NCBI GenBank assembly: GCA_036172245.1
Contig: JAYWIR010000001.1
Location: 2,728,001-2,792,000 of the forward strand
Source: Raillietiella orientalis
Lineage: Eukaryota
Reading direction: 5' to 3'
Length of the DNA: 64,000 nt
The notes beneath the pieces were generated by a model, which searched no databases, was not told the DNA's origin, and was given only the letters and a program-made list of their open reading frames with translations. Position 1 is the stretch's first letter. The number at the start of each line of letters is the position of its first letter. Positions 36,982-48,274 of this stretch are shown here, piece after piece. Both the position numbers and the translations under genes were made by a program.

Positions 36982-38738
36982 AGAGCGAGCGCGGATCAAC
37001 GGGAAGGACGGGAAGAAAACCCCCGTCGTGCCGAAGCGCCCGCCGCCGCACATCGTAGCACGGCGGCGAGACTTGGCGCGCGCGGGTCGTCCGGGTCGCG
37101 CGCGCGTCCAACTTTCCCGTGCCTCATCCACTTCGATTTTCATCCGTAGGCGAGGAGCAGACCGCTTCGGCGCGCGCGCGCGCCTCGCGGGCGAGCGAGC
37201 GAGGGAAGGGGGGGAGGGGGGAAGGAACCTCTGGCGGCGGCGGCGGCGGCGGCGGCGGCAGCGGCCGCTCCCGTCGGCTGCGCCGCCCCGTCCCCGGTCG
37301 GGCCCGCCCTCGCACGCCTTGGCCTCCGCGTCCCCCCCTCCTCCTCCCCCGCTGGAGGGGGGAGACACGCCGCCAGCCGAGCGGGAGCCGAGCGAGAAAG
37401 CGGGCGCAGCCGTCCGGCGGCTCGCCGCCGCGCGAAGCCTCTGGGCATGGGAAAAAAAAAAAGATACGGCTAATCGATTGACGTCAATGAAACCTTCATC
37501 CGTTACACAATTGGGCAGACACACCGGCGGGGGGAATTCCATCCTATCGGGCTTTTTCGCAACTGAAGTTTGGCAACCGGAGGATTCCGGGCTCTCGCGT
37601 TCCCAGACTTGGCAGCTCCCACCTTTACGTCACAAGGTCAGTCGCAGCCAGACAAGATACCATCCCTGCGCACTGCGTCACACGATCGAAAAATCAGAGA
37701 TTACACGGAGCGCACGTTGCATCACAGCTTCTCCCTCCCTCCCGGCAGCCTCCTCCCCCGCTTCCTCCTCCCGCCCTCCCTCCTCCTCCCCTTCCTCCTC
37801 CTTCCGCGTACGTTCATCCGCAAACGGACATTTCCCAGAGCCGCCGGAAAATTTAAAAAAATGGATAAATAAATGAAATGAAATGAAATGGAAAAAATCG
37901 CGTGTTTCGAGGGAAGATCCGATAGCGGCAGTGGTGGCGCTGGCGCCACGCCGCTGCTCTTCCTCGTCTTCCCCCGTACACGCTCTGTGTACGAGCTGCA
38001 CCCGCGCAGACGGCTTTGCAAGTGAGCCTTCGCCCGGGGCGCTCCGAACACGTACGGTGCCTGCGTACACTCGTGGAAGCACAGATGTGCAGCACCTGTG
38101 CACATGCACACGTACGCCACGCGTGCGTACGCGCATGCCATGTGGCGGGACGACTCGAGTGTACGAACACACCTCTACGCCCACCGTGTGGCGTGAGCGA
38201 AGACACGCAACGTACAGCCGTACAGGCGACGGCGACGCCCGCTGTCCACCTCCCCGTGCACCGTGCAGGTGCACGCGAGTGCCGGTCCCTCCCTCCTCTC
38301 ATCGTACGTGCGTGTACACATACGTGCACGCGTACGCTCGTGCCATGTGGCGGGACGAGCCGAGTGTACGAACACACCTCTACGCCCGCTGTGTGGCGTG
38401 CGCGAAGACGCGCAGCGTCCAACCGTACAGGCGACGGCGACGCCCGCTGTCCACCTCCCCGTGTACCGTACAGGTGCACGCGAGCGCATGTCCCTCCCTA
38501 CCTCCTCCTGGCGTACGAGAGCGCGCTCGCGCGTACGCCGAGCAGACGGGAGGAGAGCGAGCGTGCACGTACGCGTACAGCGTGCGCGCGATCGAGCGGG
38601 CAGGGTGGCGCAAGTACAAGCGTACACAGCGTGGTACTGGAAGTCCCCGAGGACACGACTCACCTCTGGGTAGACGTTCAGCATGGCGTTCTTATTCTCG
38701 TCAGCTTCCTGGATGCTCAGATTCGTGATGCAGTGCAT
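26665..38738 (-). CDS. rn: Rotund/Squeeze/LIN-29-family C2H2 zinc-finger transcription factor, spliced model join(38738-38664,32640-32461,29907-29554,27795-26665), about 579 aa
   Basis: All three introns are GT..AG and phase 0, so the exons join into one ORF. Six C2H2 fingers: KYQCKMCPQ/MFGAKADLQLHNQMH, PYKCSQCNKAFANSSYLSQHTRIH, PYRCEICQRKFTQLSHLQQHIRTH, PYKCRHPGCSKAFSQLSNLQSHSRCH, PYKCNSCYKCFSDEPSLLEHIPKH, THICQYCGKSYTQETYLTKHMQKH. These and the C-terminal FPNQLISLHQIRNY motif are recognised as rn/sqz/lin-29 family. rn versus sqz orthology needs a phylogeny. Confidence 0.9.
27106..27231 (-). repeat. Coding polyglutamine tract, 42 consecutive Gln
   Basis: Codons read (CAG)4 CAA (CAG)9 (CAA)8 (CAG)10 (CAA)8 (CAG)2. 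Confidence 0.95.
28490..28500 (-). other. Candidate 11-nt microexon TAGCGGAGATG (8 nt if the tandem CAG-TAG acceptor is used)
   Basis: Long U-rich tract ending ggtgttgttttcag directly upstream and donor ATG|gtaagc directly downstream, inside intron 3. Confidence 0.55.
28936..29092 (-). other. Candidate alternative upstream exon for a short isoform
   Basis: Donor GCCAG|gtgagg at 28936/28935. ATG at 29092 gives 157 nt (phase 1), which the microexon restores to phase 0. Nearby GA-repeat and (CG)n tracts resemble those in the main promoter region. Confidence 0.4.
29554..29907 (-). CDS. rn: Coding exon 3 (SKSSISEPP...GRKYQCKMCPQ), contains the Cys half of ZF1
   Basis: Acceptor ttccttttctcccag|AGCAAG and donor CCTCAG|gtcagt; 354 nt, phase 0/0. 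Its CxxC completes ZF1 with the HxxxH in the next exon. Confidence 0.9.
32461..32640 (-). CDS. rn: Coding exon 2 (KTSLLWSSVSDPDHIK...GLVHWMSVMAEH...HYMWNGVE)
   Basis: Acceptor gtctttgcctttcag|AAAACC and donor GTCGAG|gtgaat; 180 nt, phase 0/0. GLVHWMSVMAEH and YMWNGVE resemble the N-terminal block of arthropod Rotund-like proteins. Confidence 0.85.
36946..37259. repeat. (CGG)12 at 36946-36981 and (GGC)9 at 37233-37259
   Basis: Read directly; CpG-dense surroundings. Confidence 0.9.
37477..37724. promoter_or_regulatory. Intronic enhancer or internal-promoter-like motif cluster
   Basis: ATTGACGTCAAT (37477-37488), GTTACACAAT (37502-37511), GGGGAATTCC (37531-37540), TTACGTCA (37625-37632), CAAGGTCA (37633-37640), TTGCATCA (37717-37724). 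Confidence 0.5.
38136..38499. repeat. Tandem duplication with period 205 bp in intron 1
   Basis: 38136-38294 aligns to 38341-38499 without gaps; 14 mismatches in 159 bp by manual count. Confidence 0.92.
38664..38738 (-). CDS. rn: Probable first coding exon (MHCITNLSIQEADENKNAMLNVYPE)
   Basis: Consensus donor CCAGAG|gtgagt at 38664/38663; ATG at 38738 is in frame; phase 0 matches exon 2. The start could instead be the second in-frame ATG (MLNVYPE). Confidence 0.65.
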
Positions 38739-39639
38739 CCCGGGGCGCTGCGAACGTGAGCCTTCCGTCTCTCGAAGCAAACGATTCCGGCGGGAGGGAG
38801 GGCCCGAGGGCAGGGGCCACGGAGGGTCGGTAGGAGGGGCGACGGGCGAGCGCGGGGAGGGCGAGGAGGAGCCGAGCGACCGAGCGTCGGGTCCCTGGGT
38901 GCTGCGGAACGGTCGGCCCTACTGCACAAACGGGAGGGAAGGGCTGCGTCCCCCATCTCTCGAAGACGACGACTCCCGGGGCAGGGTCGGCGGCACCAGA
39001 ACGGGGTCGGCGGCAGCAGCCATGGGCCTCTCCTCCTTCATTCACTTTTCCGGGCTGCTGGCGTGAAACGGGGAACCGGCGCAATCCATGAGAAAGACAC
39101 ACCTCTGTGAGTACCAATGCGGTGCACAACACGTTCGCCGTAAACACTTGCGCGAGTGAGGGGAGATGCGAGGAAAAGGAGCGGAAGGCAGGGGAAGGGG
39201 GGGGAATGAAGAGAGCGGGAGAGAGAGAGAGAGAGTGTGGTGGGGGGGGAGGGAGGGAGGGAGAGAGAGTGGTGGGGGGGAGGGAGGGAGGGAGAGAGAG
39301 AGGAGGAGGAGGAGGAGAGAGAGACGGAAGATGGAAAAAAAAAAAAAAATACAACAACAACAACAAACAAATAAACAAACAATCAAAGAAAGAAACAATA
39401 GCGACACACACACACACACACACACAAAAAAAAAAAAAAAGATCCCCGAGAAAAAAAAAAAAAAAAATACGGGAGCAGCAGGAACCACCAATGAAGGAGC
39501 GCACGCACACCCCACGTAGACCCTCACCCCTCACAGGCGCGCGCGCGCGCACACACGAGGGAAGGAACAAAAAAAGGGGCCCCCCCCGAAAAAAAAAAAT
39601 CAAACAAAACACGCGACGCAGCTCGAGTCGATCCCACTC

Positions 39640-39782
39640 TCCACTCGATACTATAATGTGATTGCGAGTTCATAAGTAGCCCTGACAACGGCTCTCAACC
39701 CTTTTTTATTTCCTTCTTTTTCGTCTTCTCTTCCCGCTCTCTCTCCCTCCTGCGCTCCCTCCTCCGCCGCCGCTTCTCCCTG

Positions 39783-39814
<32 letters not shown>

Positions 39815-39868
39815 CTGCGCGCGCCTGCGCGCGCGCGTTCCCTTCGCCCTCTCCCGTTGCCGCTCTCT

Positions 39869-39910
<42 letters not shown>
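39640..39910 (-). promoter_or_regulatory. Probable promoter region of the rn-like gene (GAGA repeats, CG runs)
   Basis: Two long (GA)n tracts (~39788-39813 and ~39875-39908), GCGCGC runs and an AT-richer island around 39650-39710, about 1 kb upstream of the first coding exon. TSS not determined. Confidence 0.45.
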
Positions 39911-39911
<1 letters not shown>

Positions 39912-42045
39912 CTCTCCCGCGCCGCGCTGATGTCTGCCTTTTTTGCATGCGTCGAGTGCGTCACCAGGTGACAGCCAACGGACGGAATGAAAGTCTCCGT
40001 CTGCCGGGGATGCGTGCGTGCCTGTCTGCCTCCTCGAATGCAGGCAAGACGACGGGCTGACCTCTGCGATGGGCGAGACGCGATTGCGGCTCCTCCCCCC
40101 CCCCCTCCTCTTCTTCCTCCTCCTCCTCTCCGGCCTGCCGCTCGCCCGCGCTTGCTCGTTGCGGGAGGTGGGGCGGGGGGGGAGGGAGACGCCGACGAAA
40201 GCAAACATGGAAGAAAAAAAAATAATAATAATAATAAATTAATCGACTCAATTAAATGAAATGGAAGCAGAAAAGGAGGAGAGCGGACGAACGAAAGACG
40301 GGAAACGCGAGGTCGAACTTTTGTCCGGGAATGTCCTCCGGGCACGAGGGGAAATGCCCTGGTCCAACGGGCGGGCCCTCTGGGAAGGGAGGCGAACCCA
40401 TGCCGCGCCGCGCGTCTCCGGATGCCGGGGGCACGCTGCACCCCTATTACGCGCGCGCGCGCACCTATTACGCACGTGCGGCGGCCGCGGCGACGGCGTC
40501 TTCCCGCGTGCATTTTGCAGAAGACGCCGCCAGGTCGCTTCCGATTGGTCCACGACCCACGGGTGACATCCTTTTTCTCCTTGCCTTTTTGGGAGGAAGC
40601 GCGCTGCCGGGAGAGGAGAAAACATCCCGGGGCTGGAGAGGTGGTGACCAGGTGAGCCCCGAGGGAATTTTTCTTTTTGCTCCCCGCTCGAGAGACGGGG
40701 GAGGGGCGAACGGATGAGCAAACCGCGGCGGGAAAAGATTCGAATTTGGGAGAGAAGGGGGAGGGGGGAGGAGGAGGAGAGAGAGAGAGAACGCACGAGG
40801 GCGCGCAGGAACCCCCGTCTGCAGCCGATCCGAGCCGTTCCAGACGAAATCTCGATTGGCAGCAGCCTCCGGAGCGGGCGCAACGAGACGACGCTGCGTT
40901 GACGCCGCTGTTGGATCCGGGCTGGGGTCCGATGCCGGAAGAAATCCGAGCGGCGGCCGGGCAGGAAGAAGGACCCGCGGTCGAGCTCCGGGGACGGCCC
41001 CATGCGCCCGACGAACCCGCCGTACGCGACCGCGGGGGGGAGCCGCCACCAGCCGGCGGCGCCGGCGCCGGCCGGAGGCTGGAAGTGACGCTTGAGGGCA
41101 CGGCGCCTGCAAAGGAATCGGGGAGCGAGGCGCGAAGGGAGCTTCTCGCCGCCTTCCGAGCTAATTATAGTCCGGGTCCCGGGCGAACCGAAGACTCTGC
41201 GACTCCCGAAACTTCTCCCAAAAGCGCGAGGGACGGACGGCGTCGCGACGAAAGGGAGGGCGAGGAACGTGGCGCTCCCGATCGGCGGAGGTCACCGGCT
41301 GCCAAGCGGAAACACCGGAGGAGATTTTTGCCCAGGAAGACGCGGCAAGCAAGTGCCGAAGAGACCCCTTCCTCGTTCTGCAAGATCGACGGCAACGCGG
41401 AGCGCGGAGAGGGCGGGAACTCGTGAAGGGGGTAGGGGGGGGGGGCAGGGATTGCGTCCTCCTCCTCCGTGGAGCAGGGCGAGCTCTTCGGTCCTTTCCC
41501 CGCCGGGGAACAAGGAAGGAGGGGGCTGGAGCGGGTGCGGAAGGCTCGCGGTCTGAAGCAGTCCGCTACTCCCCTCCCCTCCCCCCCCAGCAGCGACGAG
41601 GAAAGGAGGAACGTCGCCCGGACGGGCGGGGAAGAGGAGAGCACGCGCGCAGTTGGCGTGCGCCTTCTGCCGGTTGACGACGGCGGGTCCCGTAGGCTGG
41701 ATAAACCTGTTCCTGGAACGAATCGCCTCTCTCCCATTGCGTCTTTTTTTTCTTTCTTCTCCCTCCCTCCCTCCTGACCTCAGCGAAGACTCAAAGCGGC
41801 GTCGCCTGGTGGCGGTCGGGAAAGGTCCGAAGGAGATCTCGGATAGTGCCTCGCCGGCAGTTCGAGTGCGCATCCCCCCCGCCACCGGAATGTCCTCTCA
41901 CTGCCGAGATCCGCTCTCCTGGGGGCAGCTCCCGTCGGTCCAGGAAGCCGGCATCCCGGACAGGGGCCATCTATGGCGAAGGACGACTGCGGGAAGCTGG
42001 CGAAAGTTTCGAGCACTTTCCGGAGGGACGCTGCACTGCCAGACG

Positions 42046-42655
42046 CACGTGCCAGCGAGGCACACGTGCGTCTGACGTGTGCCGGCACGCACTTAGACGA
42101 CCCATTCAACGTGTACACCTTACGGGGGCGCAAACGCACACCACGGCCATGGACGCTTTGCAGCAATAGGCCGCGGCGGCGCACCGCATCCGTTCCTCCT
42201 CGATGGGATGGTGCACACAAACGCACGGAACTGACCACGTGCGTTTTATCTGAGGTTTCGGAGCGCGGTGTGCGCCTGGACGGCACGACTCGCTCCACCT
42301 CATGCGCGTCACGTGCCGTCTACGCACGCGGGAACCACCTCCTCGAGATGAGAGATGCTGCGCCCACCATGCCCACTATCATGCGATGCAGCAGTGTACG
42401 GCAGGCAGAATCTGGAACGCTTGTAGCGACACACTTGAACTGTTCCGGGGAATCGGCGGCCGCCGGCACGCCGAGCGCGAAGGGTGTCGCGCGGCTCCGA
42501 GCTGGGTCTTTGCTCGCAAGTTGCGCGCGAGGATCGCGGAGGGGCGGTCACCCTGGGAACAGAGAGACGGAAGGGTAGGCACAGCAGCGATCTGCATCCT
42601 GTCTATCGAAATGGGCCGCGTGCACGATGCACACATGTCGAACACCGCACACGTG
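42046..42655. promoter_or_regulatory. CACGTG E-box cluster upstream of the gene
   Basis: CACGTG at 42046, 42063, 42236, 42310 and 42650, plus CACGCG variants. Confidence 0.4.
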
Positions 42656-45600
42656 CGCGCGTTAACGCAGGCATTTGTGAAAGACGGGCAGAACACGTCG
42701 CCAATCGAACGCAAGGTGCACGCGTAGCAGCAGGCGAATTAGGTTGGCAAGGATAGGTCCAGCTCGCTTGAAACTGGACCGTTACGCTGTCGGGTCTGGA
42801 CCGATGGAAAGTTTCCCCCAAACGCAGATGCTGTCCAATATGATCGAAGACGCCTTCATGGAAGACCAAACCCACGAAAACAGACGGCCATCTTCCAAAG
42901 GAACACCTTGATAGCGTGAACGTCAGCAGTGAGATCTTGGGGAGGCGTCAGGAAAAAGCAGCTCAGCGGGAAAACTTGCTCAAAAATCCCGGGTTGGGGA
43001 AACGTTCCCTTTTTCCTTCCACGTAGAAGAAGAAGAAGAAGAACGCAGAGGTAAGAAGAAGTAGTGGTAGTGATAAGAAGAACGAAGAGCCTTAGCCGAA
43101 GGCAAGGTATCCTTCCTCGCCCTTGAATGTCTTCGGATAGATACAACGAACTATCCATCCTGAAGTCAGGAAATGCAGGCTTTTAAAAGGAAAGCAAACA
43201 CGTGCGATGTACAGTGACAAAATCTCGTAAAATCTTGTAAATCGGCGAAAACGGAGCGGACGCCCAACACCTACTGATTGTTGCAAGGACATGGTTTTCC
43301 ACCAGAGACTCAACAGGCATCTCTTCCCTACCGCAGGCACCAATGACAGAGGAAAGAAACGCGTTCCAGCTACGTCATGAACTCGGAAGGACTCCTCATA
43401 GCATCCTTCTTGCCTCGGAAACCGCTGGCGCATTTCAGGCCCCACGCTTGCTTCACGGAGGGAGTAGCTCTGGTTCCAGCCTCCCTACGCGGACTGTACG
43501 GCTAAGCCAACTTCCAGTACAATAACAGCGTTCTCTCCAGAGAACACAAGAGAGGGCGTCCGGTGGATCCAACGCAAAGTTCCCGCGCAAGACAACCACG
43601 GAGCTGATGAAAGACAGCGATCGCTCTTTCGCATCTGAAACCGCGGTTCTTCGAATGCGATAGGCTGTCGTATAGGGTCGTCACAGTCGGGAAGCGCTGC
43701 GCACTGGCCACCGAGTAGATGCCGCTGAATTCCGAGCTGAATTTTAGGAAGGCCGGAAAGGGAACCTCAGAAGGCAGAGAGGAAAGAGTGACCACTGAAA
43801 AGCGACTGTGGAAGCCTGCGCGGAAAGCAGACAGGGAAACGATCCCGCTCGATTCTGTCTTGAGGCAAGGCAGTCCGAGGGAAAACCTGTTGCAGCCAAA
43901 GAAACTTATTTAAAAGGCACTAAAGATATTCTTGGATGAGGATGCACTTGTGAAAACAAAGTTCTTTCGCACTGTTGTGTCTACAGCTGCGAGCGTTAAG
44001 CCTGCCGCAACCAAGAATCCGTGCGCTCTTCCAGCAATACCAGAAGCAAGAGTTTCGAAACATCCAAGAACACACAACGAGTCGGCGTAAAAGTGTTTCG
44101 AGACCCAGTAGCTGATCAGTGCCTCCTCCACAGCCTTCGTGTGTGCGTACTGCTTCCGGAAGGAGGAAAGATTTTAGTATTTCGAAGTCAGACGTTCCTG
44201 GTGGCAGCACACTCTTGCAGAGTGCAGTGGGAACCCCAGCACGAGTGGCGTTCTGAAAAGGATCCAGCTCGAGATACCCAAATCTACAATGAATCAGCAA
44301 AGGAACTCTCTTCCGCATCTCAGCTAACGAGATTTTGGTGACGCCGCCCTTCGTCTCATGTGAACAAAGTTTTGGAATAATGAGCTGGTCGTGGAAGTCG
44401 TCGTCGGCAGGAAACGGAAGTGTTGCACACAACTTTGAAATGAAGAGTAAGCGAAGTAGGGACGGGGGTCTAAAAATCATTGAAACCTTGGAGCATGAAT
44501 TCAATTGCGGAAGAACGGTTGTGGTACCTTCCGAAATGGACTGCAGCATCGCAGGAAAAAAAAAAAAAAAAAAAAACGGAAAAAGAAACGACTTTTCGAA
44601 TGAAACTTGTTTAGGCTGGATGTGGACATAACTGGATCCACACGGCCCATCTCTCTTCACAGTAAGCTGGAGAGAATAAGTCAAGACCGCTCGCAGCCGT
44701 GCCCGATCGGCTGTTGGTTCACAGGATGCCATCGTGTCCGCGGCTTCGGTGCTGTCACCAATCCTCAGGAATCTTGATTTTCGACTCCCGGAAGAACCAC
44801 TCTGCGAGTGGTACGCGGAATTCTATAGGCCCCCTCTTTGCCTGCGCGAGAAAGTCCTTCCTCCTTGGTGGAGATTCCGGCGTTGCATGTGCGCACGGGA
44901 TCTCGTCAGCTGATGTGGTCAGATGGCATGGCAACCGGCTAGCAGCCGCTATTGATGATGGCCTTGTGCCCATGCCCAGCCTCGCTCGAGTAATTCCTTG
45001 AACCTGCTGCGCATTGTCAGCAGTGGAAGGATGGCTTTTGTTGGCTCCCGTCATGGAAGCCAGGAGAAGTACGTCCCAAATATCTCCCCCGGGAAAGGGG
45101 CCGGGCTCTGAAACTAACCGGACTTTGGAATCCATCGTAAACGTTTCATGTGGTCGCCACCAGGAATTCCTCCTGCAATCCGGATGGCTGGTGCCCGTTC
45201 TTTCGGGCTTCGCCGGTCGAAACCACGAGCGAGCCATGCTCTAAACTCCAGCGTCCCTTTCCCTCACCCACCCTCTCTTTTCCTTTTTCGTCTCGAAATT
45301 TCCTGCCTCCTAGGATCGTGCATACTGGTTCAACATACATAGGAAGGCGAAGTCAACTGAATTCGCCCCAGCCAGAGCTTTTACCTTGGTTATTTCTTCA
45401 CGGGATTCTCTAACGTTCTAGGCATGAGCGTACCTCCCAGACCGGTGGCTGGAGGCAACCATCACGATTCGCAACCATCGCTGCGACTACCGGGTTGCCG
45501 CGCTCTGTTCTTGTTACTGAAACCAGGAACGTGCTTCTCGTGAGCACAGACTGCTGATTCTTTGAGAATTCCCGATCATTGATGGGTGAAAGCAGTAGCC

Positions 45601-47487
45601 CAACCACTCCGTTGTTCCTTGTGCTCTCGAGATGCTTTTCCTGCCACATTTGCATTTCACGTCGAAGCGTTCTTCCACGGTGCACACTTCACGTGATCTT
45701 GGATCCAGAAAACAGACTCAGGATTTGTTTATCCGAAAGCCGGTGCTCGTCTTCCTTCTCACGAAATCCTGGTTTTAGTTTTCCATTTTCTTTGTTTTGC
45801 TTCCACTTCCTCTGTGAAATCGTAAAGTTTCCTGGTCCAATAACAAATGCAAATCTTCGGAAGCAGCGATATGCAGCTACGAGTACGTGTCCCTTTTAAG
45901 AAGCACGTGGTGGGGCAAATTCTGTCTCCTCTCCCCCCCCCCCCCCCCAAAAAAAAAAAAAAAACGGAGGTTGCACACAGAAAACACTATGGTTTCATGA
46001 AGTTCATCTGGAAATTTTCTCTCTTTCACTGAACAACGATCTTGGAAACATAATGGACTGCATTTGATTTCCTTGAGACTAGCCCTCTTTTCCGGGACTA
46101 GTGATTTGCGGAGGCATCACTTGCCTTCTCGAAGAAAAGATTGCATCATGGATCAGCATCGTTTCCAGCCAAGGTATTCTCTATTTGATTTCCTGTCTCC
46201 GCTGTAAACACACTCGAGTCTTTTTGGTTTATCTTGGAGACATTAATGAAAAATCATTTGTCTTTCTTCTTTTCAGCTGTGTCTTCCTCACCATCGAGTT
46301 GGTTGTTCCTGAATATGGATGTGTTGCATGGAGGTCGTGGTGGCTCGGCAGGCAAGGTGGATCCTCTTTTTTCCTGAAGTTGACCAATCGATCGAAAGAA
46401 CTGGAAGCTTCTTTTTAATCCCCTCTAAAATTCCCTTAAGTGTTCCTTCTTCCATGTTGACTACTCAAGAGATGGACCAATAACAGCCTGCACACTTTTC
46501 CTTCCAACACTTCGAACTTCTGGTCCATTGCTGAGTGCTCTTCACGGGCTTCAGGAGTTGCTCGGGAGAATCCAGGAAAGAGAAAGTCATCTTTCATTCC
46601 AGCAGCATCAGTTAGGCGCTAAGACTATGCTGCGATGAAGATTTAAAATCGCCCTCAGGTACCACTTTCTATAACGGCCGGCGAACACGATGTTAAGATT
46701 GGTAAAACTTGATTTCTGATATTTATTTATTTTTGGTACCACTGAATGGATACCTTTTTTTGCTTTTATTTTTAGCAAGTGGCATGAAAAAGAAATTTAT
46801 GCATGGCAATATGAGACTCGGCGGAAGCTCAGCTCATAGCGATTCGTTTATAAAAGCTAGGATGAGCGAGCTAAATAGGGAAAACCTTGTCTTAAATTTA
46901 ATTTATAAGGTAAGAAACGATCGTAGTGGTACTCAATCAATCTCGAGATGCAGCGATAACTGCTTTTCAGCATATTTATCGGAGAAGGTGGATGCAAGGA
47001 GGTTTCGTTACACGTGATTTTCACTCCGAATTGAGATGCATCCCTCGTTCCTGGATACGTCGGATTCATTCAACATGTCACAGAACAGGAAGGTTTCTTT
47101 CAGGTGCGCAAACTCCAACCACGCAACCATTACGTGTGTCAGGAAATTCCCGCAGTCACGTATGCGAAGATGCAAATAACCACCGGAGGCAGATGCTAAG
47201 AAAGTCAGCAGAAGAAAACTGCGTGCCGAATTGAGCGAGACGAGACGCTTCACTTGGACGATAAGTCGGGAGGCGGAGACGAACGCAAAAACAAGCGCAA
47301 GCAGCGAATTGCAGGTCGCGGATCTCGCCGCAGATAAGAAAGCCACTGCTGCGGACAATCTTTACTTTGCGGACACAAGATAAAGAGTTGTCCGAGCTTG
47401 ACCTCTGGAAGCTGATAAGGAATACGATGCAGCCATGTCAACAAAGCGACCAGAAACAAAGGAGAACGTGGGTCAAACGCAGAGGCG

Positions 47488-47488
<1 letters not shown>

Positions 47489-47521
<33 letters not shown>
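47489..47521. repeat. (GCT)11 microsatellite
   Basis: Read directly. Confidence 0.9.
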
Positions 47522-47522
<1 letters not shown>

Positions 47523-48230
47523 GCACACGTTCGGAGAGGATCAAAGTGAACGAATAAGAGAGTAACATCTCGGCAAGGTAGCTGCTACAAGCCCGATGCT
47601 CTTGTCAAGTCCGTCGAAGTCCTTAGTTCGAGTCAGAGGACCTCATCAGTCCCTCGGCGGCCTACCGGAGGAGAACATGGGTGTTACGGACGCCTCCTCA
47701 TCTTCGAAGCACCGTTTCAGCAGGAGGAACAAGTTGGGAAACGGAACGAGCCAGAAAGATCAAGTGGTCAATAAGGAATTTACTCTGAAGAAACTTTCCG
47801 GAAAGTTCGAAATGACCAAGGGAGAAGAACGGCTTTGTTTATTGCGTGCAAGAATACTTGCTGAAATGCGTCTCCCTCGCCTCCAAGTGGAAAATGGAAA
47901 ATCGTGATGATAGATCAAGGCGTGCAGAAGTCACCGAGGAGAAAAAAGAATTTTTTTTTCCTGCTTCCTGATACTTTCATCTACCATCTTCAGTTCGGAC
48001 TGGTTGCATCCATCCCGCAAATCCGGAAGAATGTTCACATGTAGGCAAAAAAAATTCAGCTCAATGAGTTCGAGTAGCAGGCAACAGGATGCTCAGCGTT
48101 ACGTGTGCGTTCGTATGAGCGTTTCTCTTTTCCGCTAAACAAAAGATGCAGCCAGGATGTTCCAGATTTACTGACACTCGCATCGAAAAGTCAAATCTTC
48201 AGAAGGGATTTTGATCGGATGAAAATTCCT

Positions 48231-48274
48231 TTCTTCTTCTTCTTCTTCTTCTTCTTCTTCTTCTTCTTCTTCTT
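48231..48274. repeat. (TTC)14 microsatellite
   Basis: Read directly. Confidence 0.9.

Noticed and set aside
36407-41426. Long ORFs of 489, 468 and 319 aa around exon 1 and the promoter
   Set aside because: Built from CGG and GA repeats and CpG-rich sequence; no protein-like composition.
46320-46560. CAGCY fragment resembling a piggyBac Cys-rich tail
   Set aside because: Remaining cysteines, catalytic domain and terminal repeats were not found.
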